A DNA stretch of 64,000 nt, from IMG/VR virus record IMGVR_UViG_3300046387_001332. One strand, given 5' to 3'. Below, piece by piece: positions 19,309-28,986 of this stretch. Source of the DNA: a virus. Positions within the stretch are counted from its first letter, which is position 1, and each line of letters starts with the position of its first letter. The notes beneath the pieces are model-generated. The model made no database searches. It saw nothing but the letters and a program-made list of their open reading frames with translations, and was not told the origin of the DNA. A program made the translations under genes and the position numbers.

Positions 19309-20211
19309 TTACTTGCTGGTAATCTTCGCAATATAATCTTCAAGTTTTATTTTTGCTTGCCAACCAAGGTGTTGGTAAGTTAAAGAGGGAATTGCTTTTC
19401 CGTAAAATCGTTCACCACGACGTTCTGGAATCATAACGTGTTTATGATTGAACATTTTAGCAACATCAATTATTTTGTGTGGAATACCAGTGCCAAGAGG
19501 ATATTCTCCTTGTTGTCCTTTTTCGGCAGCTAATATAACACCACTTACGATGTCGTTGATATGAGTAAAATCTCTTGATTGCTCTCCTGGTTCTACGACA
19601 GTGAGTGGTTCTCCTTTAGAATATTGCTCTTCAAATATACCAATGACGGTTGCGTAATCACCTGTTCTTACTTGTCCGGGACCATAAGCATTATAGAAGT
19701 ATGTGATTTCAAATTTAAGATCAAACCATTCTGCGTAATTGTTGATAAGTTCAACCATTTTTGCTTTCATCCAAGCATACGGAGAAAGGTTTTCGTCTTT
19801 TCCATCGTTACCAAACTTGCTTGAACTTGCAGAATAAATTAACTTTGCTTTTTTTGCGACACAATAATCAAGAACCATTTTAGTTCCTTGCATATTAAAG
19901 TCCCAACAATTATCAAAAGCATCAAAACTTGTTACGATTCTCGAAAACTCTCCGAAATGAAAAACAACATCTGGTTCAAATGCATCTGCAATATCCATCT
20001 TGGTATTGCTTGCATCAAATTTTTTCGGAATCAAAGTTTGAGTATCCTTATTAAGATAAGTTACTTTTTTACTTTTAATATGATTGCTTTCAAATCCACT
20101 ACTATAATTGTCAATGCTTACAATCTGCACATTCTTGTACTTTCTTAAAAGTTTTTTAATAAGTGCAGTTCCTACAAAACCCGCACCACCTGTTATTAGC
20201 ACCTTTTCCAT
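19309..20211 (-). CDS. NAD-dependent epimerase/dehydratase (extended SDR)
   Basis: TGGAGFVG, SASSS, YAWMK (YxxxK), YFYNAYGP, RDFTHIND. Confidence 0.92.
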   Translation of the reverse strand: MEKVLITGGAGFVGTALIKKLLRKYKNVQIVSIDNYSSGFESNHIKSKKVTYLNKDTQTLIPKKFDASNTKMDIADAFEPDVVFHFGEFSRIVTSFDAFDNCWDFNMQGTKMVLDYCVAKKAKLIYSASSSKFGNDGKDENLSPYAWMKAKMVELINNYAEWFDLKFEITYFYNAYGPGQVRTGDYATVIGIFEEQYSKGEPLTVVEPGEQSRDFTHINDIVSGVILAAEKGQQGEYPLGTGIPHKIIDVAKMFNHKHVMIPERRGERFYGKAIPSLTYQHLGWQAKIKLEDYIAKITSK

Positions 20212-20619
20212 TTACTTTTTTTCTTTAAGTCCGGTTAAATCACTTGAACTTCTTATTTTATCTCCAAGTCCATCAATCATTTCTATTCCGTGTTTCTTAC
20301 AAACAACACTTTCTGGAACTTCACCCACACTTCTATCTCCACCGTTGGCAAAGATGTCGGGTTTAATTGCATCGAGAGAATCACACACACTTTTGTCTTC
20401 GTCAATACTGAGAAATGCTTCATCAACAATTCCAATTGCTTCTACGATTTTTACTCGGTCTACTTCGTCCATAAATGGTTTGCCTTTTTTAAGAACACAT
20501 TGATTGTTGTTGTTTACGATAACAACAAGACGATCACCAAGTTCTTTTGCTAATTCAAGATATTCCAAGTGTCCTACATGAATTGGGTCAAAGTATCCAC
20601 TAACTGCTACTGTTTTCAT
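20212..20619 (-). CDS. Cytidylyl/adenylyltransferase (TagD/RfaE-domain II like)
   Basis: SGYFDPIHVGH (HIGH-like), FANGGDR, SSS. Confidence 0.88.
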   Translation of the reverse strand: MKTVAVSGYFDPIHVGHLEYLELAKELGDRLVVIVNNNNQCVLKKGKPFMDEVDRVKIVEAIGIVDEAFLSIDEDKSVCDSLDAIKPDIFANGGDRSVGEVPESVVCKKHGIEMIDGLGDKIRSSSDLTGLKEKK

Positions 20620-21035
20620 TGTGGTTGATCCATATCTTCGGTCCACTCATAGGGTGGATAGTTTACATCTGCTATGTGTTTTTCTGGACGATCATAATCG
20701 TCTTGAACTCTGACGATATCATCCTCACCAAAATAAGTTCCTGTTTGAACTTCAATTAAAATCATCATTTCATCATCACTTGGGTTTGCCATACGATGCT
20801 TTGCACCGAGGGGAATCAAAACAGTTTCACCTGGTTTGTAATCGTCTGTGACATCATCTAAGGTTATTCTTGCAACACCACTAACAACTGTCCATGCTTC
20901 TTGTCGCTTGTGGTGATACTGATAACTAAGTCTTTGTCCTGGTTTTACATAAATTCGTTTTACTTTGCAGTATTCTGCATCTAAAAGGATTTCATAATTT
21001 CCCCAAGGTCTAATGCTTTCGTCTTGTTCACTCAT
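20616..21035 (-). CDS. Type II phosphomannose isomerase C-terminal cupin
   Basis: RPWGNY, LSYQYHHKRQEAW, EVQTGTYFGEDDIVR. Confidence 0.9.
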   Translation of the reverse strand: MSEQDESIRPWGNYEILLDAEYCKVKRIYVKPGQRLSYQYHHKRQEAWTVVSGVARITLDDVTDDYKPGETVLIPLGAKHRMANPSDDEMMILIEVQTGTYFGEDDIVRVQDDYDRPEKHIADVNYPPYEWTEDMDQPQ

Positions 21036-21041
21036 ATTTTT

Positions 21042-21167
21042 TCATCCCCATCTGTCTGCTAAATCTTGCTCAGATATTTCAGACTTCTTGTATTGTTTAT
21101 TTAAAATTGGTTTAGTCAAAACCAAAAAACTCAATTTGTGTTTCTCAATAAATATTTTACTGCTCAT
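21042..21167 (-). CDS. Small hypothetical ORF (41 aa)
   Basis: MSSKIFIEKHKLSF...DLADRWG fills the gap between flanking genes; below the ORF-track cutoff. Confidence 0.35.
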   Translation of the reverse strand: MSSKIFIEKHKLSFLVLTKPILNKQYKKSEISEQDLADRWG

Positions 21168-21186
21168 ACTAATATATATTCTGCAT

Positions 21187-21807
21187 TTATATATTTGATG
21201 GTCCACACATATAATTAAATTTTTTAATAGAACGTCTATGACGTTGTGCGACTATTGCACCTGAGTGGTAATTGTAGTATTTCCAATAATCTTCATTTTT
21301 CTTTTTAAATGGAAACTTTCCTATGTTTTTTAAACTTTTATATTCTAAATTTAGTTTTTTACACAAAGATTTGTATTCATCATCTAAATTATCAAACTTC
21401 ATGTAGTGATCCATATTTGCTTCACCTTCCTTATTAAAATAGTATGGTTGATTAAATTGAGTGTAATTTCCAATCCAACGAGCAAATTGCTCCTTAAACT
21501 CATATCCATCGAATTTCATTTTAAGCAGTTTGTCTACATTTTCTCTGTGGTTCTCGCCGACCAAACCACCATCTTGCCACCAAAAATAAGAAACCATTCT
21601 GTCCCAAGGATTTCTTGTGATTGTTATTTTGTAGTAATTGTTGAATATTTTTTTACCTACAATATCATATGCATCACGTGGATTTCTATGAGTTGCATCT
21701 ATTAAATCTTCTTCACCACATTGCTCAATTAGATTATACTCAACACTATTACCACCCACTTTCCAAGGTTTGAAAAATATAAACTTATGTTTGTGAGAGA
21801 CAATCAT
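21187..21807 (-). CDS. Sulfotransferase family 2 protein
   Basis: MIVSHKHKFIFFKPWKVGGNSV (5'-PAPS loop variant) and RNPWDRMVSYF (3'-phosphate binding). Confidence 0.8.
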   Translation of the reverse strand: MIVSHKHKFIFFKPWKVGGNSVEYNLIEQCGEEDLIDATHRNPRDAYDIVGKKIFNNYYKITITRNPWDRMVSYFWWQDGGLVGENHRENVDKLLKMKFDGYEFKEQFARWIGNYTQFNQPYYFNKEGEANMDHYMKFDNLDDEYKSLCKKLNLEYKSLKNIGKFPFKKKNEDYWKYYNYHSGAIVAQRHRRSIKKFNYMCGPSNI

Positions 21808-21820
21808 CTTATTAATTAGT

Positions 21821-22390
21821 TTAAAAATTATGTAAAATTTTTTGAAGTGTTTCTGTTAGAACACTATAATAATCAGTAATTTTTTTGTTGGTAAATTGAG
21901 GGGCAAGTTTTAAGTTTCCAGTCTCATAAAACCACTCTTTAGTTTTTTGGTTTGTAAAAATCTCAAACCTATCTTTAAGTTCTGTTGATAAAAAATCTTC
22001 TTTAATTGATGCAATGTCGAAGTCAATAACAGATAGTATTCCATTTGTGTTTAGACATATGTTTTTGCCACTAAGTACCATATCAAGGTGTTGGATGTTG
22101 CTTTTTTTTAGATTCGTAACAATGCATTTTATTTGTTCATTTTTGTTGGAAATTTTGATTTTTTCTCTTATTTTATCAAGTGAATGACCACAATTTGTTA
22201 ATTTGAGTCTATATTTCGTGTCTAGAGAACTTACAATTTTTGGAAAGTGATAAGTGTTCTGACCACATACACACTTAAAGTTTTTTTCTAACAATAATAA
22301 TATTTCTTTTTCAAGTTGATATGCTTGTTTTTGTGATAAACCTCGTAAAATAGTTTTTTCCTCTGATTTTGTAATTTTATATATTTCCAT
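21821..22390 (-). CDS. Kinase-like (APH/Kdo/choline kinase fold) protein
   Basis: HLDM...KNI and VIDFD resemble the catalytic loop and DFG-equivalent. Confidence 0.5.
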   Translation of the reverse strand: MEIYKITKSEEKTILRGLSQKQAYQLEKEILLLLEKNFKCVCGQNTYHFPKIVSSLDTKYRLKLTNCGHSLDKIREKIKISNKNEQIKCIVTNLKKSNIQHLDMVLSGKNICLNTNGILSVIDFDIASIKEDFLSTELKDRFEIFTNQKTKEWFYETGNLKLAPQFTNKKITDYYSVLTETLQKILHNF

Positions 22391-23333
22391 ATATCTCTTC
22401 AAATTTTTCAATAAATGTATGTAACTCTGTTTTTGGTAATTCATTTACTCCGGCTGCTTTTTCACGACCACCACCTGTTGGAAATTGTAGTGCAAGTTTA
22501 CTTGCACCAAATGGGTTTGATTTTGGGGAACGGATACTAATGCGATAGTTATCATCGTTAACTAATGTTAATATTGCAAATGCTTTATCAGGATTATCTG
22601 TGGTTTGCTGATTGCTATAAATTCCGGAATATCTAATAGATGCCTTTGAGTCTGGAAGAAGAATAACTTTACCAGTTTCTGTATCATGTAATATATCCGA
22701 TGAACTTAATTCACTTTCATCACTTTTCATTTGGGTAAATATTTTATTATATACTTCCGACTTCTCTCTGTATTGAAATGGCGATTCGTAGTCTTTTATA
22801 TCAAGATAAACATCTTTGGGATGAACTGTTAAATCAGATTCTTCGTTTCCATATCCATTGTAGTTTAATGTTTCCCCAATTTCTTTTAACTCTAACATAT
22901 GCTCTTTGGTAAAATTTGGATTTAGTTTATCCGCCTGTTCGTGTAAGTTGTCTCCGTATGCTCCACATATTGTCCACGGACGGTATAATCCATCAACATA
23001 TGTGTCCACCAAAATGTTTGTGCAACAATTTGGGTCGGCATCTACAAAAATTTGAAAATTTTCACCAAGTTCTGTTTCACCGGGTTCGTGGTGATCAAAC
23101 CAACGAATTGTGTTTCCATTATTTAGTATTGTATCTACATAATCTTTATTTGATAACAATGATATATCAAATACGGTAAGTTTTGAATTTTTTATGTCAG
23201 TACAATGTCTTAATAATTTTACATCTCGTTTGACACCTGTAAAAACTTCCGAGTCTTTGGGGTAATGCATTCTATATTGATGTAGACTGATTATACCATC
23301 TGCATCTCCATTAAAAAAATCGTAATAACTCAT
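22377..23333 (-). CDS. DHH-family phosphoesterase
   Basis: FNGDADG, FDHH, C-terminal GGGREKAAG (DHHA1-like). Confidence 0.85.
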   Translation of the reverse strand: MSYYDFFNGDADGIISLHQYRMHYPKDSEVFTGVKRDVKLLRHCTDIKNSKLTVFDISLLSNKDYVDTILNNGNTIRWFDHHEPGETELGENFQIFVDADPNCCTNILVDTYVDGLYRPWTICGAYGDNLHEQADKLNPNFTKEHMLELKEIGETLNYNGYGNEESDLTVHPKDVYLDIKDYESPFQYREKSEVYNKIFTQMKSDESELSSSDILHDTETGKVILLPDSKASIRYSGIYSNQQTTDNPDKAFAILTLVNDDNYRISIRSPKSNPFGASKLALQFPTGGGREKAAGVNELPKTELHTFIEKFEEIYGNI

Positions 23334-24211
23334 TTGCCTGTTTTCTTTTTGGTAGGAATTAAAGTTTCAACTTCAGCAGAAACTGCTCTACCCTTGTCGT
23401 TCATCCAATCTTTTTCTGGACGATCAAGTTCTTCGTTTCGTTTTATTACAGCATCTAATATTGGGGTTGGAATCATGTTTTTATCTGCAAATTTTGCTAA
23501 AGCATTTGTATCTTTTGGAAAGCAAGTGCCACCAAAACCACGATGGCCATCATGTCCAGGTACTTTTGTGTGACCACTTCCGATTCTTTTATCTTGAGTT
23601 GCTATACAACGAACATTTTCATAATCAATGTTAAGTTCTGTGCAAATACTTTCAAGTTCGTTGAAAAATCCAACTTTAACACTAAGAAAAACATTTTTAA
23701 GATATTTTATTATTTCTGCTTCACTTGGTTTGCACTGTATTACTTCTTTGTTTATAACACTTCCATCTCCGTTGTTATACGCCAGTTCAAACATACGTTT
23801 CATTTTTTCGTACAAAAACGGATCAGTAGAACCAAGTATCCATTGGTCACATTTTTTGAAATCATCTTTCCAGTTTTTTTCTGTGAGAAACTCTGGCATA
23901 AAGTTTACGTCAAGTTCTTCACTTGTTCCAGGAGGAACGGTAGAACGCAGTACAATATATTTAGAATCATCTATTTCTTGTATTTCCTCACAAACAGCAC
24001 GAACAATATTTAAGTTGGCACTTCCGTCTGAGTTCATGGGGGTGGGTACTGCCACAAATATAATTTCCGACTCCTCTACAAACGTTTCTATGTCTAATGT
24101 ATTGGGTTCTCTTTTTTCGGGTACAACGTCCCACACCAATACTTCAACATAAGGTCTTAATAATGTCATAGCATGACCAACAAATCCGTTACCAACAACT
24201 CCAATTTTCAT
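23330..24211 (-). CDS. ugd: UDP-glucose/GDP-mannose 6-dehydrogenase (short form)
   Basis: GNGFVG, VAVPTP, RSTVPPGT, PEFL, AEIIKY, GFGGTCFPKD catalytic Cys. Confidence 0.88.
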   Translation of the reverse strand: MKIGVVGNGFVGHAMTLLRPYVEVLVWDVVPEKREPNTLDIETFVEESEIIFVAVPTPMNSDGSANLNIVRAVCEEIQEIDDSKYIVLRSTVPPGTSEELDVNFMPEFLTEKNWKDDFKKCDQWILGSTDPFLYEKMKRMFELAYNNGDGSVINKEVIQCKPSEAEIIKYLKNVFLSVKVGFFNELESICTELNIDYENVRCIATQDKRIGSGHTKVPGHDGHRGFGGTCFPKDTNALAKFADKNMIPTPILDAVIKRNEELDRPEKDWMNDKGRAVSAEVETLIPTKKKTGK

Positions 24212-24272
24212 ATTACTTCTCACTTTAGTGTAATATAACCTTTGTTATAATAAGTATTTACTATTATCAGTA

Positions 24273-25082
24273 TTACTTGAATTTTCTTTTTATTCTATCA
24301 ATCGCATTTTTGTCAGAAATATTTGTAGAATTTCCGAGAGATGATCCAAAAATATTCAAAACTTCGTTTTTGGAAAACTTACGATCATCTTGAGATGATT
24401 TAATTGTGTGCTTTGCATCTTGTACACCTCGTATTATATTTGATGTCATTTGACTGCTCGTAATTCCCAACCAAGTTATTAGTCCTGGTATTCTACTTAC
24501 CAACCATGCGATTAATTGTGTAATAATTGGTAGTAATGCAGGACCACCTATTATTAAAACTGCAATTGCACCAACAATACCAAATGTTCCTGTTAACCAA
24601 CCCCACATAGAGTCAATGAATCCGTCTTTTTGTTCTTTTGCTTTTAATTCTCCCAAACTAATAAGTTTTTCTTCTGTATCTTTTAAGTCATGTCCAAGCA
24701 TTTGCTTTCTTCTTGCAAGTGTTATAACATCCTCATCTCTGTCCAATAAATTTTTTACTGCAATTTCATTATCATTAATTACATTATCTATATGTATTTT
24801 ATCCCCTGGTTGTGGCAGACCAACTATTTCTTGTGCTTTTCGTGCTAAATCAAGAGCAACTAAATCTTCTTTTGATTTATTCTCTGACAAGGATAGTGCA
24901 TCAACAGTACCTGATATATATGCACTTGTATGTCTATTTAGTTCTGATTCTTTTCTTGAAATCTCTCCTGCAATTTCTTGCCTGTCTTGTTTTAGTCCCC
25001 AATTTGGTAAAGTGAAACATCCTGAAAAAAAGGTACAACATAAAGTAAGTAGCAAGAAAGTGGTAACTTTTTTTGTCTTCAT
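24273..25082 (-). CDS. Lipoprotein with coiled coil and C-terminal transmembrane segment
   Basis: Basic N-terminus, hydrophobic core, lipobox FSGC; hydrophobic WLTGTFGIVGAIAVLIIGG segment. Confidence 0.6.
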   Translation of the reverse strand: MKTKKVTTFLLLTLCCTFFSGCFTLPNWGLKQDRQEIAGEISRKESELNRHTSAYISGTVDALSLSENKSKEDLVALDLARKAQEIVGLPQPGDKIHIDNVINDNEIAVKNLLDRDEDVITLARRKQMLGHDLKDTEEKLISLGELKAKEQKDGFIDSMWGWLTGTFGIVGAIAVLIIGGPALLPIITQLIAWLVSRIPGLITWLGITSSQMTSNIIRGVQDAKHTIKSSQDDRKFSKNEVLNIFGSSLGNSTNISDKNAIDRIKRKFK

Positions 25083-25084
25083 TA

Positions 25085-25969
25085 TTATATATATGGAGTT
25101 TTTTTAATTTTTACTTTTAGTTTTTCTATCTCAGATACAAAACATTGCTCACTTTGCTTTTTTAAATAAGTTGTTTCTTTTAAAAAATGAACATTAAAGT
25201 TTTCTTCTTTTATTGACTCGCATACAAGAGTATCTGTCATTACATATTGTTGTATTCGTGTTCCTGATTTTTTTAAATGTTTGCAACCTTCCATTATGAA
25301 GGTATCGTCTACTCCATAACCAACGAATTTACTTGGGATGTTTATGTATTTGGCTAATTTTGCTGAAATGGTTGTAAACCACCCACCACCCCATTTAAAG
25401 GTTGGAATGGGTTTTAAATTATATTCATGTTTAAAATTTGATATTTCGGTTTCAATGTTTGCATTTTTGTAATAATTGAGTTCTGTTTTCTTGTATTGAT
25501 CAGCAACTATATAGTCCCAAGTTTTATCCCATAATCTAAGTGTTGTAGAAGTAATTACAAAATCTTTTAAAAACTTGCTAACTTTATTTGTAGTAAGCTC
25601 TATTGATTTTAAAATATTAAGTGTAAAGTGTATATCGCAATCAAGAAAAGTTATGTAGTTATTGTCATCTGTTATTGATAATATTTTTCTTCTAAAGTCA
25701 TTTACTCCAAGTATTTTTGCGTCTGTATCAAGAAGTTGTACATCAATTTTTGATTCAATTGAAACTGCTAAATACAAGTCTATTAAATTACTCAGAGTAG
25801 GGTGATTGTATGATTCCTTGCATATAATACTCGGGTTGCTATTTAGATAACTAATTATTTTGAAATTATCAGGTTTATCAACCTGTTTAATGCTTTCATT
25901 GAGTTGTGTTATTATGCGTTGATAATCATAAACCTCATGTGGAAATAAATGTATAGCAATATAATTCAT
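25085..25969 (-). CDS. GT-A fold glycosyltransferase
   Basis: FLDCDI DxD motif, GGGWFT, GYGVDD. Confidence 0.7.
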   Translation of the reverse strand: MNYIAIHLFPHEVYDYQRIITQLNESIKQVDKPDNFKIISYLNSNPSIICKESYNHPTLSNLIDLYLAVSIESKIDVQLLDTDAKILGVNDFRRKILSITDDNNYITFLDCDIHFTLNILKSIELTTNKVSKFLKDFVITSTTLRLWDKTWDYIVADQYKKTELNYYKNANIETEISNFKHEYNLKPIPTFKWGGGWFTTISAKLAKYINIPSKFVGYGVDDTFIMEGCKHLKKSGTRIQQYVMTDTLVCESIKEENFNVHFLKETTYLKKQSEQCFVSEIEKLKVKIKKTPYI

Positions 25970-27597
25970 TTAAATAACAATTTAAAACTTATCTTTAAGT
26001 ACATTAAATTTTCTTGATTGTTCCTTTTTTCTAAAAAATTATAAATTTTGGTGTAATAATCTTTACTATTTTTTAATATCGATTCTCCTGATATATAATA
26101 GTTTGAAGAATCTGAGTAGGATATGTATTTGTGCAAATGCCTATCTATTAACTTTACATCATTATTTACCAATTGATACTTTATTGTTTTTGTTTTAACG
26201 AATAGTGCAATCCATTGTTTGAAATTTAGGTTTGAACGAGTTATGTGCTTATTATCTTCCTTTATGTGTAGATCATGTCTCAATACAATATCTTTATTAA
26301 ACTGACTTATCATATCTTTTTTGTTTTCAAAATTTTCATGTGACATTTTATCATTCACGAAAAAGAAATTACTTTTTATGTTATCATAATTGTTAATAAT
26401 GAATCTAATATAATATTGTTCGTATGTAAGTTTATTAGCATTATCAAGTTCATTTATGATTGTTGCATTTTCTTTGTAAAACTCGGAAAATTTAACATCT
26501 GATTTTAATTTTACACACACAAAGTGGTGTCCTGATATGTTGGGGGTTTCCTTTTTAAATACCTGCATATTCACTTTGGTTAGATATTCAAAGGGTAACT
26601 CTTTGTTTTTAGTTTTGGAGTATTTAGTAATTAGTGATTTGTATTTATTTTTAAATTGTTCATGGTTTCTTGAATTTAGTAAAAAGTCATCTTCATTCCG
26701 TGATTCAAAATACTTTCTAATTGCACAACTTATATCCGCACGATTTAAAAGTAATTCACCTGACTTTGAATACGAGGTGTCTTTTTCAGGAATAAAACCC
26801 AATTTATCTGGAATTATGTCACGGGTATAATATTTTCTATTCACTTGAGTTCCGTGATATTTTACAAGAATTGTATTGTCTGCACATCCAATTGTTTTTG
26901 TTTTATTGTTTTCGTTATACCATTCTATGTAATTTATTTGCATATTTTTATTTGAACCAAAAATTCGTTCTTGGTTATTTTTTATTTTGTCAATAAAGTC
27001 ATCACTTCGTGTATAACCAAGCAGATTTAAATAGTCACCCCCACCACATATGCATTTATCATATAAAGGTGTTTTGATATTTAGTATGTCCTTGTTATAC
27101 ACATAACCGTATCCAGGTTCACCAATTCTATTGAGTGTATTTTTTATATCTACAATTCCCTGTTTGTAGTAAGATGTCATTGATTTTACGCAAATTGTTT
27201 TTCCGTTGCTTTTTTCTTTGTTAATTGTATTTGCAACTTGTACAATATCATGTGTTCTTAATTCATTTTTTATTTTTTGGATCCAGTTATCGTCCTGAAA
27301 TATAATATCCGAATCTAACCAACCTACATATTTGTACTCTTTCATTAGTTTTGTGATACCAATGTTTAGAAGATTTTCTTTTTTCCAAAAAAATGATTCG
27401 TTTTTAAAAGACACAACATCTCCTACATTTTTGTTAATTCTAAGTTTACACTTTCGTGTGTATGATTCTACAAAAATAATTTTCACACCAGGGTGTGTTT
27501 GTATTTTATCGTAGAATAATAAAAAATTTAAATATTTTGATAAATAATTAAGTGGATTGAAATAACAAACCACAAATGCTATGTCTGATGTATTCAT
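25966..27597 (-). CDS. GT-A glycosyltransferase with C-terminal DUF3431-like domain
   Basis: WKKENLLN, WLDSDI, GGGD, YHG; C-terminal YIRFIINNYDNI. Confidence 0.65.
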   Translation of the reverse strand: MNTSDIAFVVCYFNPLNYLSKYLNFLLFYDKIQTHPGVKIIFVESYTRKCKLRINKNVGDVVSFKNESFFWKKENLLNIGITKLMKEYKYVGWLDSDIIFQDDNWIQKIKNELRTHDIVQVANTINKEKSNGKTICVKSMTSYYKQGIVDIKNTLNRIGEPGYGYVYNKDILNIKTPLYDKCICGGGDYLNLLGYTRSDDFIDKIKNNQERIFGSNKNMQINYIEWYNENNKTKTIGCADNTILVKYHGTQVNRKYYTRDIIPDKLGFIPEKDTSYSKSGELLLNRADISCAIRKYFESRNEDDFLLNSRNHEQFKNKYKSLITKYSKTKNKELPFEYLTKVNMQVFKKETPNISGHHFVCVKLKSDVKFSEFYKENATIINELDNANKLTYEQYYIRFIINNYDNIKSNFFFVNDKMSHENFENKKDMISQFNKDIVLRHDLHIKEDNKHITRSNLNFKQWIALFVKTKTIKYQLVNNDVKLIDRHLHKYISYSDSSNYYISGESILKNSKDYYTKIYNFLEKRNNQENLMYLKISFKLLFK

Positions 27598-28220
27598 AAC
27601 TTTTCATAGTTTTGATCGTAGTTTCTGTGATATCTTGCGTTGGATTCTTCTTGAGTCTTGATGTCCTTGGTATGTATTATTTCATGAAATGTATTTGGTT
27701 CAATGATGTCCATATAATGATGTCCTGTAATAATCTCATGAACTGCTCGGGTCCATCTTATTCGTTTATCATTTTTAAAAAGTCTGGTTTGAAAGTCTGG
27801 ATAATTGATTCTATTTAGGTGATCTCTTTTCCAGTTCCATTTTTTAAGATGCAATTCTGTTATACCATGTACATAATTTACTCTAGGTATTTTTATTAAA
27901 TCTTTATTTTGTTTTTTAACTATTATGTCATGTGCATTTTTGATAAGAGGTTCGGTTGGTAATTCATCTGCATCAAACTGAAAAATGAAATCTTTTTCAC
28001 ACATATCATTTAGTTTATTTTTATGCACACCGTAGTTTCCATTGAGTCTATGTTGTTTGTGTTTATGGTTTTGTATAATTTCAATTGTTTCTTCGTTTTC
28101 AGAAAAATCATCTAGTATTAGAAGTTCATCATTTTCACGTTTAAGTTCTAATATCCTATCTATTAATTTACGAAGTGAGTCAGTTTCGTTGTGTGTGCAT
28201 ATTGCAAAACTAATGTTCAT
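27594..28220 (-). CDS. GT2-family glycosyltransferase
   Basis: ICTHNE, LDDFS, FDADE, PDFQTRLF, VHE. Confidence 0.85.
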   Translation of the reverse strand: MNISFAICTHNETDSLRKLIDRILELKRENDELLILDDFSENEETIEIIQNHKHKQHRLNGNYGVHKNKLNDMCEKDFIFQFDADELPTEPLIKNAHDIIVKKQNKDLIKIPRVNYVHGITELHLKKWNWKRDHLNRINYPDFQTRLFKNDKRIRWTRAVHEIITGHHYMDIIEPNTFHEIIHTKDIKTQEESNARYHRNYDQNYEKL

Positions 28221-28969
28221 GCTTTTCCATTCCCATACATATTTAATTCATTATCTGCGTACTTTTTTAGTTTATTTTTGTTATCATATTTGTCCGCAAA
28301 GTCTTCAATTTCTTTATATTCTTTCAGAAAGTTTCTAACCGTTCCGAATCTGTCTTTTATAATTCTGTTAAATTCCTTAATGTTTAATTTGCTGAGTTTC
28401 ATACCAATTGCAGTTTCTAATATTAGTCGTTCCTGATTTATATCTCTAATTATATCCTCATCAGAAATAAGTGTGTCTTTGTTTTCATAGTCACTAAATA
28501 GAGTTCTGAAATCTAGATATGTGACTTTTACGTTTGACATATCGTTTATTATATATGTTCGGTAGCAATCAAACTTTGTTAATTTTTTTACATGGGTTTC
28601 GTAAAAAGGTCGTGGACGATTAATTAGTTGGTTCACCGGTGCAACAACATCATATCTTCTTTTTATCAATGAAATTGTATCTTTTACCAATATCCTACGT
28701 AGAAAATCTTTAAAACTACCCCAAGGTATAAATTCAAGTGAGAGACCATGTAATTTACTTCTACCAAGTCCTCCTCGGAATGTATTTAATGCAAATACTA
28801 ATCTAAGATATTTTCTTCTTTTTTTTCTACCACCAGATGTTGCGTCATCACTTGTATACATGAATGAAACAATTTGTCCTGGTTTTATTTTAGAACGAGG
28901 AATGCCAACAGAACCACCAACACACTTTTGCAAATAATTTTTGTAATAACTCACTTGAATATATATCAA
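28217..28969 (-). CDS. Hypothetical protein, possibly T4 gp2-like DNA end protector
   Basis: PGQIVSFMY...LVFAL...LHGLSLEFIP...CYRTY resembles the gp2 pattern. Confidence 0.4.
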   Translation of the reverse strand: MIYIQVSYYKNYLQKCVGGSVGIPRSKIKPGQIVSFMYTSDDATSGGRKKRRKYLRLVFALNTFRGGLGRSKLHGLSLEFIPWGSFKDFLRRILVKDTISLIKRRYDVVAPVNQLINRPRPFYETHVKKLTKFDCYRTYIINDMSNVKVTYLDFRTLFSDYENKDTLISDEDIIRDINQERLILETAIGMKLSKLNIKEFNRIIKDRFGTVRNFLKEYKEIEDFADKYDNKNKLKKYADNELNMYGNGKA

Positions 28970-28986
28970 GTGGCAAATGTATTATG

